A model generated the notes under the pieces. It was not told where the DNA came from and did not search any database. It saw only the letters and a program-made list of their open reading frames with translations. A DNA stretch of 62,081 nt, counting the filler, from Globobulimina sp. (taxonomy: Eukaryota), in assembly GCA_003354225.1 (NCBI GenBank). It is 20 parts of 20 records of this genome, joined end to end, with 100 filler letters (N's around TTAATTAATTAA, not from the genome) between each part and the next. Parts side by side here need not be neighbours in the genome. Positions count along the whole stretch, not along the records: positions 34,210 to 37,218 come from PIVH01004040.1; positions 37,319 to 40,327 come from PIVH01004041.1; positions 40,428 to 43,435 come from PIVH01004042.1; positions 43,536 to 46,543 come from PIVH01004043.1; positions 46,644 to 49,651 come from PIVH01004044.1; 15 more parts are not named here. One strand, written 5' to 3'. The stretch's first letter is position 1; each line of letters begins with the position of its first letter. Shown piece by piece: positions 34,210 through 48,459 of this stretch. Made by a program: the position numbers and the translations under genes.

Positions 34210-35371
34210 AATATAAAACGGAGGCAAAGGAAACATACATTTTACTGTCGGAAGACTCCGAAGACTCCCAAGACGTCGTAGGCGCAGAGGTATGCACAGA
34301 GGAAGACGCAGATGAAGGCACAGAGGAAGGCGCAGCTGTACACGAATTACATTCACATTCTCCAATTACATTCATCTGGAAAAAGCCGGTGGCGATATTT
34401 TCGGGGCCATGTAATTCATCATGATCATATCCATCCACTTGAATATAATATTCCACACATTGGGTAATGTTGTTGCTAGTATTAAACGGCAATATATGTG
34501 CCGCATAATTGGCGGGACTTTGGTTGTCATTTGCTTTCACCAACGTAAATGTGCTAAAATCACCACAATCGGTGGCAGTATAAACAGCCAATTGAGTATC
34601 GATACAAACACCGGCATAACACACCATTTCTAATTCTAACTCGAATGCTGTCACTTTGTACCATAGTGAATTTTGTACATTTTGGTCAGACGGACACCAT
34701 CCACTTTGACCGTAACAATCCGCGTTATTTGGACGTATTTCATTGGTTTGATTGGTGCCGTACTGAGTCAATACATCAATGACAACATCGCCCACTGCAA
34801 TTTGCGTGGCCTCACAAACATTGTCATTTGTCATTGCCGGACATTCGCCTTCTTCCATTCCCGCCACATCCATTTGGAAGGGGAAGGAACCTGTTTGACC
34901 GTAAAATGAATCAACCTGAATGTAATATTCCTGCGTTGCACACTCAGTAAAAGGTAAAATACGTGCAGCGAGAAAACATCCCCCCGCATCATCATTTGCT
35001 TTGATCAATGTAAATGTGCCAAAATCTGCGCAATCTGTAACAGTATACACAGCTAATTGTGTATTAAGACAAACACCTGAATATTCAACCATTTTTAATT
35101 CCAATTCAACTGCGGTTACTTTGTACCAGATGGAATTTTGAACATCAGTATCGAAATAGGACCATCCATCTTGGCCTTGTGCAAAATAATCTGCAACAGG
35201 ACCGGGAGATATTTCACCGGTCTCTTTGGTAGCTTCGTCCGTCAAATTAGCTACGACAGAATCACCAATATGAATAAGTATTGCATCACATGCATTATCA
35301 TTTGGTGGAGGCTCTGCGACCACGGTGCACATTAAAAATAAAATGGAAAACGCAATACACATCGTTTCCAT
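34210..35371 (-). CDS. Secreted protein with two bacterial-type PPND-C/PPC-like domains, 3' partial
   Basis: Signal peptide; two repeats of NDNxCxA..QNSxWYK..TQLAVYT..ANDD/N..YYIQVD; Ser/Thr linker; GTATGT donor near 34240. Confidence 0.75.
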
Positions 35372-35946
35372 GGTTGTATGTATTTGTATTGGATGTTTGT
35401 GATAGCGATCGATAGTTTGTGGTTTATTGTGATGTTTTGATTTTGTGGCCTATTTGTGGAGTAGTAATGGTCGGGAGTAAGAATTGTTAAGGTGGAGAAT
35501 TAAAAAATTGTGTGTTTTTGACTACTGGCCACTGCTTAATATATAATTAATATTCAAATGAAGACGAAAATATTAATATTGGTGTGAATAAATAAGCAGA
35601 AACAACATACAAATTATGCGCAGAAAATATATTTACCAGAAGAGATTAGCTTATGAAATAATTATACGGAGGAGATATTCGAAGAGGAAATATGTGCACA
35701 AAAGGAAGTGAATCAAGTACAACAAACATTGGGTGATGATAAACAAAATGAAGCAGAAAGAAAAGAATATGAAACACCGGAAGTTATTACGCCATCACCA
35801 ACAAAAAAAGAATCAAAGAATGATGAAAATAGGAGTGCCGAAAAACGAAACAAAAAAAGCAGAAAAAGAAAAAGAAACAGAACATGTGACATAACGCATT
35901 TTTGAAATGTATATACCGCAGTATTTTTTATGAAAGCTACAAAACA

Positions 35947-37218
35947 ATGGCAACTTTGGATCCTAATTTTGACTTCACACATGAGAATAAATTGGAAGCA
36001 TTAAATGACAGACTATCAGTACCAAAATCATCATTGCGTAAAGTAAGAATCACACAAATTGAGGAACGAAATGAACAGCATCGATTAGCAACATCTAAAT
36101 ACACTGTTTATACCATTACATGCTCGCCGCCAGTCATCGATGGCATAAATATCTCAGTTTGTCGTCGTTATAATGATTTTCGATGGCTTCGTAAAGTATT
36201 TCTACAATGCTTTCCATCCATATTTATTCCACCAATTCCACCGCAAAAAATCATTGGTCGTTTTGATAAAAAATTTACGTTGCAACGAAAACAAGATTTG
36301 GAGAGATTTTTGAATCGTATCTGTTGCACAAAACCGTTATCGCAGTCATTTATATTTTCAGTGTTTCTGTCGCGCCCCGAAGAAACATTTAATATGTCCA
36401 AGGATGAAATTGCCCAAAATCACATACCAAGCACCAATGACAAGATACATTTCCTCAATAAACTATTTCCAAACTTTGCCATAAATAATACAGTAATCAA
36501 TGAATATAATAACGTAATTTTGCTTAATTTATCGGATAATAAATACTTATTAAATCGAGATATTATAAAATATAAAAAAGAATCGGATGCGATGATATTT
36601 GGTGAGGATATCAATGAAATTTATGAATTCTTAAAAACGATTTGTAGCAAAATAAGTGTGTTATGTGATATGGTTAAAAAAATAAATAGCAAATTATATA
36701 AATTGTCGCAAGATACGCGGACATTTCATGAATCGTTTTGGAGATTGCATAGCAATGGAAATGGTGACACCATATTTGGTGACGACAAAAGTGATTTTTA
36801 TGCGTGGTATAATTATAATAAATCCATGTTTGATATACATGATTCACTTTTTTATGTGCATTTATTGTATCAATATCAAGATATCAATGCGTTTCTGGAT
36901 ATATTTACGGATCGAAATAAATATTTATCGCAGTTTAAAAACGTTTTATCGCGAAATAAAAATTGGCAGAATTTAATTGATGCAAAATATGATTTGCAGC
37001 CCCATCAAATCACGCAAATTCAAATTGATTTTAAACAAGAAAAGTCTTTGCGAGGTTTATTATTAATTAATACAAAAATTATTTTAGGTTATAATTTAAG
37101 CAAAATATGGAAACAAATTATCAGTGATTGGAAAAATATGTGCCTTACATATGCACAAAACCAATTGTTATCGCATCAGATATTATATGCTCAAACATAT
37201 CAAAATGATGACAGTGAT
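35947..37218 (+). CDS. PX-domain (sorting nexin-like) protein, 3' partial
   Basis: YTVYTI..VCRRYNDFRWLR..IPPIPPQK..RKQDLERFLNRI..FL followed by a helical BAR-like region. An upstream exon near 35708-35905 is possible. Confidence 0.85.
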
Positions 37219-37318
37219 NNNNNNNNNNNNNNNNNNNNNNNNNNNNNNNNNNNNNNNNNNNNTTAATTAATTAANNNNNNNNNNNNNNNNNNNNNNNNNN
37301 NNNNNNNNNNNNNNNNNN

Positions 37319-40130
37319 AAACAACGCAGAGTGTTATTTTATGATTTATTGCTGCATGAATACTTTACCTTATCTGACATGAATGTAGCAAATCTAATCC
37401 AAATCTTGCATAAAATGACACGCGAATTGAACGTATCGCACACAGATTTTGTGAAGATCAAAGAGATTCTATTGAATAAGAAATTGAATGGCTGTAAGTT
37501 TGAAAACTACTCCAATGCTGAATTTGAGAAATTATTTCGTTTTATACGCAATGTTAAATCATCGATTTGGTCGTTGGTTTACGAAGAAATTATGTATTGG
37601 GCCTATCAAGAGTTTGAAAAAGGAAATGAGATCGATTGGGAATATATTGGTGCCGTGTTGTGGAAGAATAATTTCTGTCATGATCAGGATGAATTAAACT
37701 CGTGTTTGGATGAATTAGTTTTGTATCCATTGTATATTTAATTTGCTACAAATTGAAATTAATTATAATGTGTTGTTTTGTGTTGACAAGGAATCATATT
37801 TCCTGCGCGAGAATATTGGACCAAATATATTAAAGCAAGAGCTATGTATTTGCTATGGACTTAACACGGATAAACAGAGTATTTTACGCCAGGTATTGTT
37901 TGATATTATGCATTATAATAAACAGACGAGATTGGCTTTGTATGATATATTATTGCATAAATATATTGATTTGGAAAACCTAAATTCAAAGCAATTAGCA
38001 ACTGTGTTGAAACGCAGTGTGACTGAGATAGATAAAGACGGCGTGATTGCTTTAGATAAGTTTGAATCGATTGTGATTGATAATAAATTGTGTGGCAGTG
38101 ATTTAGCTGCAATGGGGAATGCGGAATGTTTTGCAAATATGTTTGAATGTATGAGTATGAATGTGAATATATCGGATCTATTTGAACGAATTTATGAATT
38201 TGAAATGTCGAAATGGCAAACTACACCGACTGAATATGAAAAATCGCCCACTGCTACGTTGACAGCCACAGTCACGCCGAGTATGAAAGGTGTTAAAATG
38301 TTTGAGATTGCTGATACAAACGGAAAGGGAAAGGATCCGAAACAGAAACAGACCAAAAAGAAGCAATTGATTCAGAAGACACAATTATTAAAAAACAGAT
38401 TAACATCACCGAGGAATTCGAAAAACAATAAAAATAATTATATGAAAATAGCGAATGACTGCAGTATGGACGGTGGTGATAATAATGAGATTGCCGAAGC
38501 TTTAATTGATATCATCGAAGATGTTGTGTTGTCGCAAAAATCATCATATGTACCCTCAAAACGAGCGTTATCACAATCTCGGTCGCGGTCAAAAAGACGG
38601 CTTCACAAAAAAACAAAACGACGGCGCCCGTCCACCGCACACAAAATATTTCCGCGGAAAAGGAAACGAAAAACGAAGAATATATCACGCGGTGATACTG
38701 TGATGAATGTAATTGATTATGATTTTAAATATATATTTGAAGCTGGCACACATTTCAAACAAACGCAATTGTTGTCATTTATTATCGATGCATTTCAGTT
38801 AATTCGTTTGAATCAATTTATCGCAGCAAATAATACACATTATGATATTTCCCAATTTATAAAAACATATGTTCCGTTTCAGAATCTTGAAGAATATATT
38901 TTAAATAAATATAATTTGCAACGAAAATATAAGAAATCCGGCGATTTTTTATCCAAAACACTGCATCAATATTATTTATTATTTGGTCATGAAATATCAT
39001 TGAATCCAACCATAAAAATAAAAGATTCGTTACCTGCATTTATGTCGTATACATTGTGTATGTCGAATGCAATAAAAAAGTATACAGCGAGTCAGTTGAA
39101 TATTATCCATCCATTAATCATTGATTTGTGGATCATACCCAATAAAACCATGGATTTTATCAATGATATTGGCGATATTAATAGAATATTATCCCGCGAT
39201 AAAATAGGATTTATTAAAAAAGACTGTTGTCCCAATAATATGCGTCAAACAGAATATAATATTTACGAATGTTTCTGTTCTGCAAATATTAGAAACGGAT
39301 TAAAGCATAAAAATACAAATCGAGTGATTTGTATAATTGATCGGAGATATAAAGATAAAGATCGTTTATATTGTTTTATTCCACCTGTCAAATATGGCAA
39401 GTTACACGCAAATGATATGAATGATCGCTTGCACATAAATCATACATATAACACATCGAGATACTTATTACCAAACATTGGCGCATCTGATACTTGTAAT
39501 GGATATATGTTTGCATTGTCTTTTATTGTTTATAAATATGACTACCAATATAAAACAAAACTGTATTTTTATTCGCAAGGTGGAAAGATACGGTTTTTAC
39601 CCAATCAAATTGCGAGGTTATGGCCAAAATATTTTGTCAATGATAAGAATTATAATTCAATAAATGATATGGATAAGTTTGTCAAAACATTGTTTACGTT
39701 AAATATTAATGATCCATATTTTGAACAAAACGCAGATTTGCAAATTTGTGTTGGGTCACAAATGCAAAAACAATTTATTTTGGAGGCAAATGAAGTTGAA
39801 TTGGAAGACAAACAGAGAGAATACATTTATTTTTGTGAAAAATTACAAGAATGGAGCTTATATGAAAAAACATTTTGTCAAAGTAACATAACAGAATATA
39901 ATAATAAACAAGCAACAAAGAAACGGTATGCTTCAGTTTCAAGCAATACAACACCCACAATGCAAATGAGTCAAATTACGCCACTTAGTAATCGATTTTC
40001 AAATAATATGAACTGTTTTGATGATAATGGTGATGATGAAAAGAGATTACATCCAATAGCTGTTGAACAGCAACAGCAACACAAAGAAACATTTGTTGAG
40101 GATGGACATAATCGACTTATTGTATTGTAA
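37319..40130 (+). CDS. Large hypothetical protein, 5' partial; probable intron at about 37718-37790
   Basis: Two consecutive long ORFs share a repeated LF/YDxLLHxY unit; basic central tract. Confidence 0.6.
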
Positions 40131-40427
40131 TATTTATATTTTGATGACGGAATGAATTAATTGTACTGACCAGCTATTAGTGTTTAATGTTTTTTTGTGA
40201 TGATTAGTGTCTTACTTTAGGATCAGCACACTAACTCTTTCGTCATTTTGTCGTTCATGTTTTAGGATGGTTCATGATCTATCTTAATTTTATTCGAAAT
40301 CTTACCATTATGATTCTTGAACCATATNNNNNNNNNNNNNNNNNNNNNNNNNNNNNNNNNNNNNNNNNNNNTTAATTAATTAANNNNNNNNNNNNNNNNN
40401 NNNNNNNNNNNNNNNNNNNNNNNNNNN

Positions 40428-43326
40428 ATTGCAATTCAAATTGCTTCTCAATGTTGGGTTCGTTGACGTCGATGCGATGCAAAGTCAGCACTTGGATTTT
40501 ATCGCCGATATCAAAGGCTTTGCATCGCACCAAATCCACACTACGCTGTCCGGCATCGGATAAGTGATCAAACGGCAAAACCGAATACAATTTCAATTCC
40601 TGAAAGGCATTGCCATCGTCGTCTGCCGTATCACCGTCGCTGTCATCGTCAGGCTGGGACTTGGTTGTGTCGTAATTTGTCAGTGTTTTGACGATGAAAC
40701 AGCCGTTCTTTTTGCTCACTATTTTCGTCCAAAATAGGCGCTCTGTGTATGGTTCTTTGGCGACGGTATTTAAATTGAGGCTGCATACCATGCGTTTCTG
40801 TCGAGGCACACTTTTGATGACTCGCACTTGGACAACCTGTCCGATGTAGAATTCTTTGGACGGCACTTGGAAGTAGCCATTGTGGCGCAAATTGGCTTTG
40901 GTTATAATGGCCGTGATGGAGTTATAGAAATGGACTACGATGTAACCCACAACGTCGTTCATTTTGTGTATGATACCGGCACTGATGGTGTTTTTGGGCG
41001 TGTTCCACGAAGAGATGGTGATTGGATCGGAGGCTCCGGAGATTAGGCTCGGTTTCGCAGTCAGACTGACGAGTTTTTTCCAACGCATTCGGACCAATAC
41101 ACGGCATTTGACGCGAGCGCCAATTTTATACTTTGCGGCGATTCGGGGCTCGTCTAACGATTTTGGAGGCAATTCGCTGCAGTGTAAGAGAGGGATTTGT
41201 CCAGTTAATCCATTGCAAAATGTCACTTTGATAATGTCGTTTTTCTTGTCCATGGAGGTTACGGTACAATTGAAGATCATGCCGTATCTGATGTCTTTGT
41301 AGAATAGCACTTGTGAGGTTACTTCGGATTGTTTTAAGGTGCCGGAAAATTCACCGGTGAGCGAATCGAACCATATTAATTTGACTTGAAGGTTGCGGCG
41401 ATCTTTCCATTTAGCAATAGCGTCATCAGCGTACAATGAACCTTCAAGATGCCTTTGCTAAAAAAACAAACATGTTTAAGAGTTGCCATCATGCGACGAC
41501 TCAGTCCACTTAAAAACTTTTTAGAATTAGTGATTGCAGATTTTAAAGCATGTCGTTTGCTGCTTAAAATCTGAAACAATTGCTTCTAAAACATGTTTGT
41601 AAGTGATGCGGAACTTAACGTGGACTCTGATAGGTATCATTTGTAACAATGGATTCACGTTTTTCGCTGGGAATAATTTCCTCTCCGTCTCCTCATCGCC
41701 GGTTACTTCTTCTTTATTCAGCCACTCTGGATCCAATAGCTTGGAATATAGATACAACGAATCATACGCAATTCGCCTCACGTCTGCTTTAATGATCTCG
41801 CCACAGCGTCGTGGTACATTGTATTGATAATCCATTCCGCGTGGCAACAATTGCTCGTCGGATTGGAGGGTTAGATGCGGTTTGATGGATAACTGAATCG
41901 CATTACGCTCGGGATGCACTAATACAATCCGTGCACGAATCTCCTGTCCAACCTCATAAGCCTGCTTCCAATGCACATCCACCAACTTATCCATATGCGA
42001 ATAGGACACCACGCCTTGATACACTTTGCCAAATTCCACCACCAAGCCATCCTTTAAAATGCTTTTCACATTGCATTGCACACAAAACCCCGGCTTCAAC
42101 GCCGCAATCGGCACAATGGGCAAACTGGTCAATTCTCGATAATATTTCCGGAACTCCAATGTCAACCAAACAGCATGCGATGTCGGGTCACTTTTCTTGA
42201 CAACCAAATCCAATGGAAATCCAATCGGCAACTGTAAAATATGAAAATATTTTTTGATTGCTTGCAATTGAAGTATTCAAGAAAAAAAATATCAAGCACA
42301 TTTTTTCATTTTTGATTGCTTGCCATTGTATTTTTCACAACAAACCTTTTTAGTCTTCCTGCGGTACATTATCCTCTTCAACATTGCCAACGGCACATCT
42401 TCGTAACCCATAAAGGCGCGTACTGCGATTTCATTGACACCGCCCTTATCCTGCACATATATGCCAGTGTCAATGACGTAGCCCTAATCCTCAATGCTCT
42501 GCACACTGCACAACAGGCAATAGCCCACAATCAAGTCATTCATTCGCAGCTTTGCATTGAACAAACTCGGCCGCAACGATACGCGCAGACCGTGCTTGTT
42601 GCGGTGGGTCACCATACACCGAATTATCTGATGTGTGGTGAACATATCAATGCAAGTCGGGACCTCTTCGAACGACTTATAGAAAAACATTCGTTTTGCG
42701 CTTTGTCTCGAAACCAAAGCATTTGGTTCCATGGACTTTTGGATGTCCAACAATGTATTTGCTGGCTTCGCGATTTCGACGGTTGCCGGCCTTGTGGTTA
42801 AATGGTCGATTTCGTGCGATAATACGTCAGAAACTTCGCGAATTGTTAGCGTTGCTGGAATGGAGCCGTATAAAAGTAACCGGACACAATGTTCAGTGAC
42901 ACTTCGTACTGTGGCGAGTACCAAAGCATGGTCTAAGACAAATTTCTCCTTTCCAATGGTGCCGCGCTCGGGAACTTGGCCTTGGAGGTCGAGGCCGCCG
43001 TGTTCTAAGTGCGCGTCTTCGCGGATTTTAGACTGCAACCACTTGGATTGTGCGACTAGTTTATGTTTGAGATATTTGCGTTTGAGCACGTCTTTGCGGA
43101 AATGCTCGTATGACAATTCATTTGATGAGGGGGCAATGTTTAATTTCATGTCGTCGTAAAAGGGAATGTCGTGTTTTTTGGGCGTGACTGGCTGTTTGGG
43201 CTTCGCTTTGGGTTTGGGTTTGGCGTAGAATTTATAGCGGTAATGGGACGTGGGATGGTTCCGTTTCTCGTCGGATAACGGCTTGGGTTTCTTGTACACG
43301 TTTCGAAATAAAAAATCATGAGTCAT
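40428..43326 (-). CDS. RRP5: rRNA biogenesis protein RRP5 (S1 repeats), 3' partial; introns 42232-42345 and about 41458-41619; in-frame TAG at 42484-42486
   Basis: Serial S1 domains: VSLRPSLFN, VQSIED*GYVIDTG, LKPGFCVQCNVKSILKDGLVVEF, GQIPLLHCSE, VSLTAKPSLI, FYIGQVVQVRV. Confidence 0.85.
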
Positions 43327-43535
43327 CGTATGCAACGCAGGCGTTACGGGATAGAATTTCTGTTTTTTTTCTGTTATGTTTTGCGTTTTTATGTAACGTT
43401 ATTTATAGAGTTTAAGGCGAGTCACAGACCAAAATNNNNNNNNNNNNNNNNNNNNNNNNNNNNNNNNNNNNNNNNNNNNTTAATTAATTAANNNNNNNNN
43501 NNNNNNNNNNNNNNNNNNNNNNNNNNNNNNNNNNN

Positions 43536-44387
43536 TTTTTCTTCTTCTTTCCGCTCCCTTCCATTTAGCCGCTCTCTGCATTCATCAAAACCTAAATGCG
43601 ATGGCCACCATTTATATTCTTCTTTGTTTTGCCTATCCACACATTTTTTAATTGATTCTCTATTCTTAATTAACGTAAAATGTCGATATAAAATAGAATG
43701 TGTATCGATAAATAATTCTTTTTTTCTCGCATCCATAATATCAGCAATACCTTCGCAAATATTATATATCGCAATATCGACCGCTAAACACCGATTATCA
43801 AAATAATACTTTTGCGTTTTCGAGATCGTCAATGGTTTTTGTAAAATATCCAACCATATTTGCATTCTTGTGGCAAAAAAACGATTTAAATCTCGTTCCG
43901 TATCATTTCTGTGATTAAATATTTCTGTCAATATGTCGTTGGCATTGGCCACCAACATTTGCGATTTATAAAAATTCTCCAAAGTAGCCGGTCGAAGATT
44001 AAATTCTGTGGACAAAAAGGACACAATTGCTGCGGTTTGGGAGATTGCAACAATATCTTCTTTTGAATTCTTATCCAATGGATAACGTATAACAGCGGGA
44101 GGTGCAAACATATCACATTTTAATTTCTGAGAGTTTGATGGTGATAATTTCTGTCCGCATGCAAAATATGACATTACTTTGTTCCAATCACATATATCAT
44201 CATAGGGAACGCCAGCTTCTTCAAATAATAATCTTACAAAATTACCGCGATTCTTGAACGCATAATATACCACCTCATAGCGATATTTTTTGCATTTGTA
44301 ATGAACTAAAGATTTTAATGTTGATTCAAGAGCTGATATGTGTTCATCTGTTTGTTTGGCGCGTTGTTTAAACGAATCAGCATCCAT
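43536..44387 (-). CDS. Glutathione S-transferase-like protein, 3' partial
   Basis: YY..RGNFVRLLFEEAGVPY, FAPPAV, ISQTAAIVSFL, helical C-terminal domain. Confidence 0.85.
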
Positions 44388-44500
44388 TATTTATGATATT
44401 GCGGCAATATTTCAAGTCGAAAGCATGCTAATGATCAACTTGCAAGTTTTCATATAAAAAACATTTCCAATCATCAAAACACCAAACATCACAGGCAACG

Positions 44501-45852
44501 ATGCCCAGAAAGAAAGCGAAAGCAAAGAAAATTCAAATCGGCGATAAATTATTGACATATGGTACGCAAGTCAGCGACATGATTGATTCAAACGAAATGT
44601 ATAATAAAAAGGACTTCGTCGGATTGAGACGAAAATTAGAAGTCGAGGGTTATCTATTTGTGAGAGGTGTAATCCCCAAAGAAATCATTGCCAAAGCTCG
44701 AAATGCGATGTTAACGCAAGCTTTTGCCGAAAATTCAATCGTTACAAACGACAAATCCTCGTTAAACGATGCAAGAATGTTTCGAAAAGGCGCAAAATGG
44801 AGCGATGGATATTGCATTGATGGACTGACCGGTTCAGAAACCAATGAACGAAATAATATTGATATTGAAGCGTGGGAAGAAATCGGTCCCTCAAAAATAT
44901 GCCAAAATGTATATATCGGCGCACATATTCAAGCATTTTGGAGATCGCTATTTGGTGAAACATCCACAGTGCCATTGGTGAAACAGACATTTTTGCGCTT
45001 AATGGGCAGTTCCGGCACTGTCCAACATGCGGACTATTATTATTTTAAACGCGATACGCATATTTTCAGTGGAAGCGATGGTCTGAACGCACAAAAGGCT
45101 GCGAAACAATACTTGACTGCGCAGAATCTGTGGAAGCCGGAAATATTTGTTTAGTAACAAGCTAAGCGGAAAAATAAAATCTTTCTACATTTGTTGCTAT
45201 ATAGGAAGTAAAAGAGTGCCGCAGCGATGATGAGAAGAATGGAGATTTGCTGTGCAATATTTGCGAGAGAGCATATTTGAAATCAGATTTGGATGAAAAG
45301 AGAAGGAATCGAATCGATAAATCATTGAAAAGCAATGGCGACTTTGGAATGGAAGGACCGTGGCATTGTCCTTTATGCGCAGCTGCACCGTTGGCGATAT
45401 ATACAACTTGGATATCATTGTCACAATTAAAGGCACCGAGGGATAGCATCTTAGCTATGGTGCCGTATTCGCATTTATTGCAGGAATGGGACTCACCGCA
45501 AAGTAACTCGCAAGTGCCTGGCGATTTTAATTGGAAAATGAAATGGGTCATTCCCAAAACTGCCGGTTATGGAGATATTGTTATATTTAATATCAAGACT
45601 GTTCATGCTTCGTCAATCAATAAATCATCGCCGCGGTCATTCAGATGCTCCTTTGATACGCGGTTACAATTATTACCTGTTAATATTGCACCGATTGCAA
45701 AAAAATCGAGAAGAAAAAGTAAAAAGAAAAAGTTTATGCCTTCGCCTCATCCGGCAAATAAAGTAAAAAGATTTATTGATGATGATCAGGAAAATGATGA
45801 CCCTGAGGCTGAGCAAGATATTTCTGAAGGATTGAATTCATTGAAAATATAA
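44501..45852 (+). CDS. PhyH-like Fe(II)/2OG dioxygenase with inserted degenerate PHD-type zinc finger; intron 45149-45204
   Basis: EGYLFVRGVI, HADY (HxD), YTTWISL, GDIVIF..TVHAS, RCSFDTR; insert LLCNICERAY..WHCPLC; 56-nt phase-0 intron. Confidence 0.8.
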
Positions 45853-46643
45853 ATTAAATTGATTTCATTCTGACAATTTTGACTATTTTTTTTGATTTGT
45901 GGGTATTTATGTGTCAATTATCCTTATTGATATGTTCTGGATACGTTTAGGGTTAGCAACTGAACCTTGGCAGTTTGTTGGAAAAATGAGCGAAGAGAAA
46001 ACCCCACTCACTTTGAAAGAGGTGGAGTCGAAAAATACGGCGCGGACATAAAATAAATGTGATGATGACACGTTTGGTATTACGCAAAGGCATCCATTTG
46101 GCAATCACAGTAATACCAATTATCTGTCCAAAGAAAGCATTATTGCATAAAATGATCGATGAATATGAATTTTTGCAGTTAATTCGCGGTCTGATTTTCT
46201 TAAATTGTTCATTGACATTTTGTTGTGGATTATTTGTTGTTGCAAGCGATATTGCCCACAAACTAAGGCATGTTATAAATAATAAGATAATATCGATATT
46301 GCCACAAGATATATATTCGTGGCAATCTGTGGCGGCGTGAACAGAAAATGTTTATTCAGAGATTTTAAAGAGATGAAAAAATATTATGATATCGGACCAT
46401 TGTAAAAGCAGTTGATTTTGCAAATGTGTATGACATTCTTGTGATGATAATGAAAAGGGTTTCAATCTTCTTATCAATCGCAAAAATTAAAAATTTACAA
46501 CAAAAAAATTAAAATTAAACTAAATCAAAAAATATAATAAGTCNNNNNNNNNNNNNNNNNNNNNNNNNNNNNNNNNNNNNNNNNNNNTTAATTAATTAAN
46601 NNNNNNNNNNNNNNNNNNNNNNNNNNNNNNNNNNNNNNNNNNN

Positions 46644-48459
46644 AACGCTCTTTGTAGGCAAACAAAATCTGTATACAATTTTAATGAGATAACATGGTTT
46701 ATCGTGATTGCACTTCCGACGGCAATATTAAATTTCTCATTGTTTATGCCTATATCTTGAGCCTTATAAAATATTATAAAAATGAAGATAAACATTAAAG
46801 TGACATGATTGGAAATGTTTTTTAGTTGGTTTTTCTGTAGTTTTTCTTACATTTTACTATCATGGCATGCAACTGTAAATAAACAGAGGAACAAACCTTA
46901 TGTTTCCAGCCATGACGTTGCATCAATTTGCTACATTCTTTATACAACCAATAATAATTTTTCTTTGATATTTGCCGTATTTTATTCTTTAATAATTCCT
47001 GTTTTAATGTACAATACTTTGCAGTAACACTATCTGGATATCCATCCTCCCAGAAATTTAAATATTCACCAAAATTAAAATCTGTTGAATATAGTTTCTG
47101 TTCCTCATTATTCGGATTCATACTAAAATCATGCATATATTTATCATTTGAACCATTGTCTTTTAATTTACATTCAGTACTTTCATGAACACTGTTTTTA
47201 ATAAAATCAATATGTGTCAACCAGGCATGCCTTAAATTATTACTCTCTAATCGACAAACTATAGAATCACTACCAACCAAAATAAACATAAACCCATCGC
47301 ATGCACTATTATTAATACATTTTATTTCTCGAAATCTTCGTAATTCAATTACTTTTAGCTCAGAATGCGTAAATCTAATTTTATTCAAATACTCAGATCC
47401 ACCAACCGTTGGTATATCAGCATCACTAAATTTTCCTTCATTCTCATCCAACTGAAATAATTCACACAAACTTGAAATTTTATTTTGATTCAATAATATA
47501 TTCAATTTTATTTGTTTCTTAGTATGCCCACGTATCGAACTCCTAATTTTCATTAAATCCTCGTTATTGTCATTTATATTTAAATTCTTTGCTAATTTTT
47601 CTGCAATTTTGTCATCAATCTGTTTATATTCATTTCTATTTTCTTGATTGATTAGCTCATCAATTTTTGATTTGCTTTTAAATTCCAACCAAATATCATA
47701 ATTTCCCGGCGATGTTAAATACAAATCGTTTTTGGTCATAATAGCTGCATAATCAATGAATGCTTGTTTAGATTTCGAATAAATACCAATCAAAGAATCA
47801 AATATAATCTCTATATTCTCTTCTTTTAATACAGTCATTAATTGTGATTCTAAAATGATTTTTAATCTATAAAACGGATCATTATTTTTGTCAGAAACGT
47901 TTTCAAATAAATCATATGTTCTGTCACTGTCAAGTGTTGTTGTGGCTGTTCGCGTATATTCAATTCGAACATCCTCCAAATTATTCATATTTATATCATT
48001 TTTATCCTTTGTAGAATCAGTAAAATCAATTAAATGTTTTGGAGATTGATAGTTTGATTGGAATTCATTCGCAGATCGTTCAGGTTGGGATATGTTTAAT
48101 GGAGAGATGGATTGTTTGCTATTTATTCGTCTTTGTTGAGGTAACATGTTATATTTATTGGCAGTAATCACTGATTGTAAATGTTGAACCCATGTTATCA
48201 TTTCTACGCTATCGCTTGCCGCAAATACTCGTTTTTTCTTTGTTTTGCCATTACTTGCTATCAATTCAAATCGATTTTGAATTTTACTAATTCTAATTAC
48301 AGTAAACTTGCGTAAATTGATTTTTTCTGTGATTTTACTATTTTCATAACATATGAGGTTTGATCCATTCAATACAACCCAACGTTTGCGTAATTTTTTG
48401 AGATATAATGACTGTTTATAAAGATACCCTTGTTTTATATAAAAATCTTTAGACGTCAT
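46644..48459 (-). CDS. PH-domain protein (two PH-like domains), 3' partial with intron at about 46764-46897
   Basis: KQGYLYKQS..RKRWVVL..FAASDSVEMITWVQHL; a second PH-like end RHAWLTHI; the frame resumes at AQDIGINNEK after the intron. Confidence 0.75.

Noticed and set aside
42484-42486. Genome-wide TAG reassignment
   Set aside because: There is only one instance. Other long ORFs have no internal TAG and several end in TAG.
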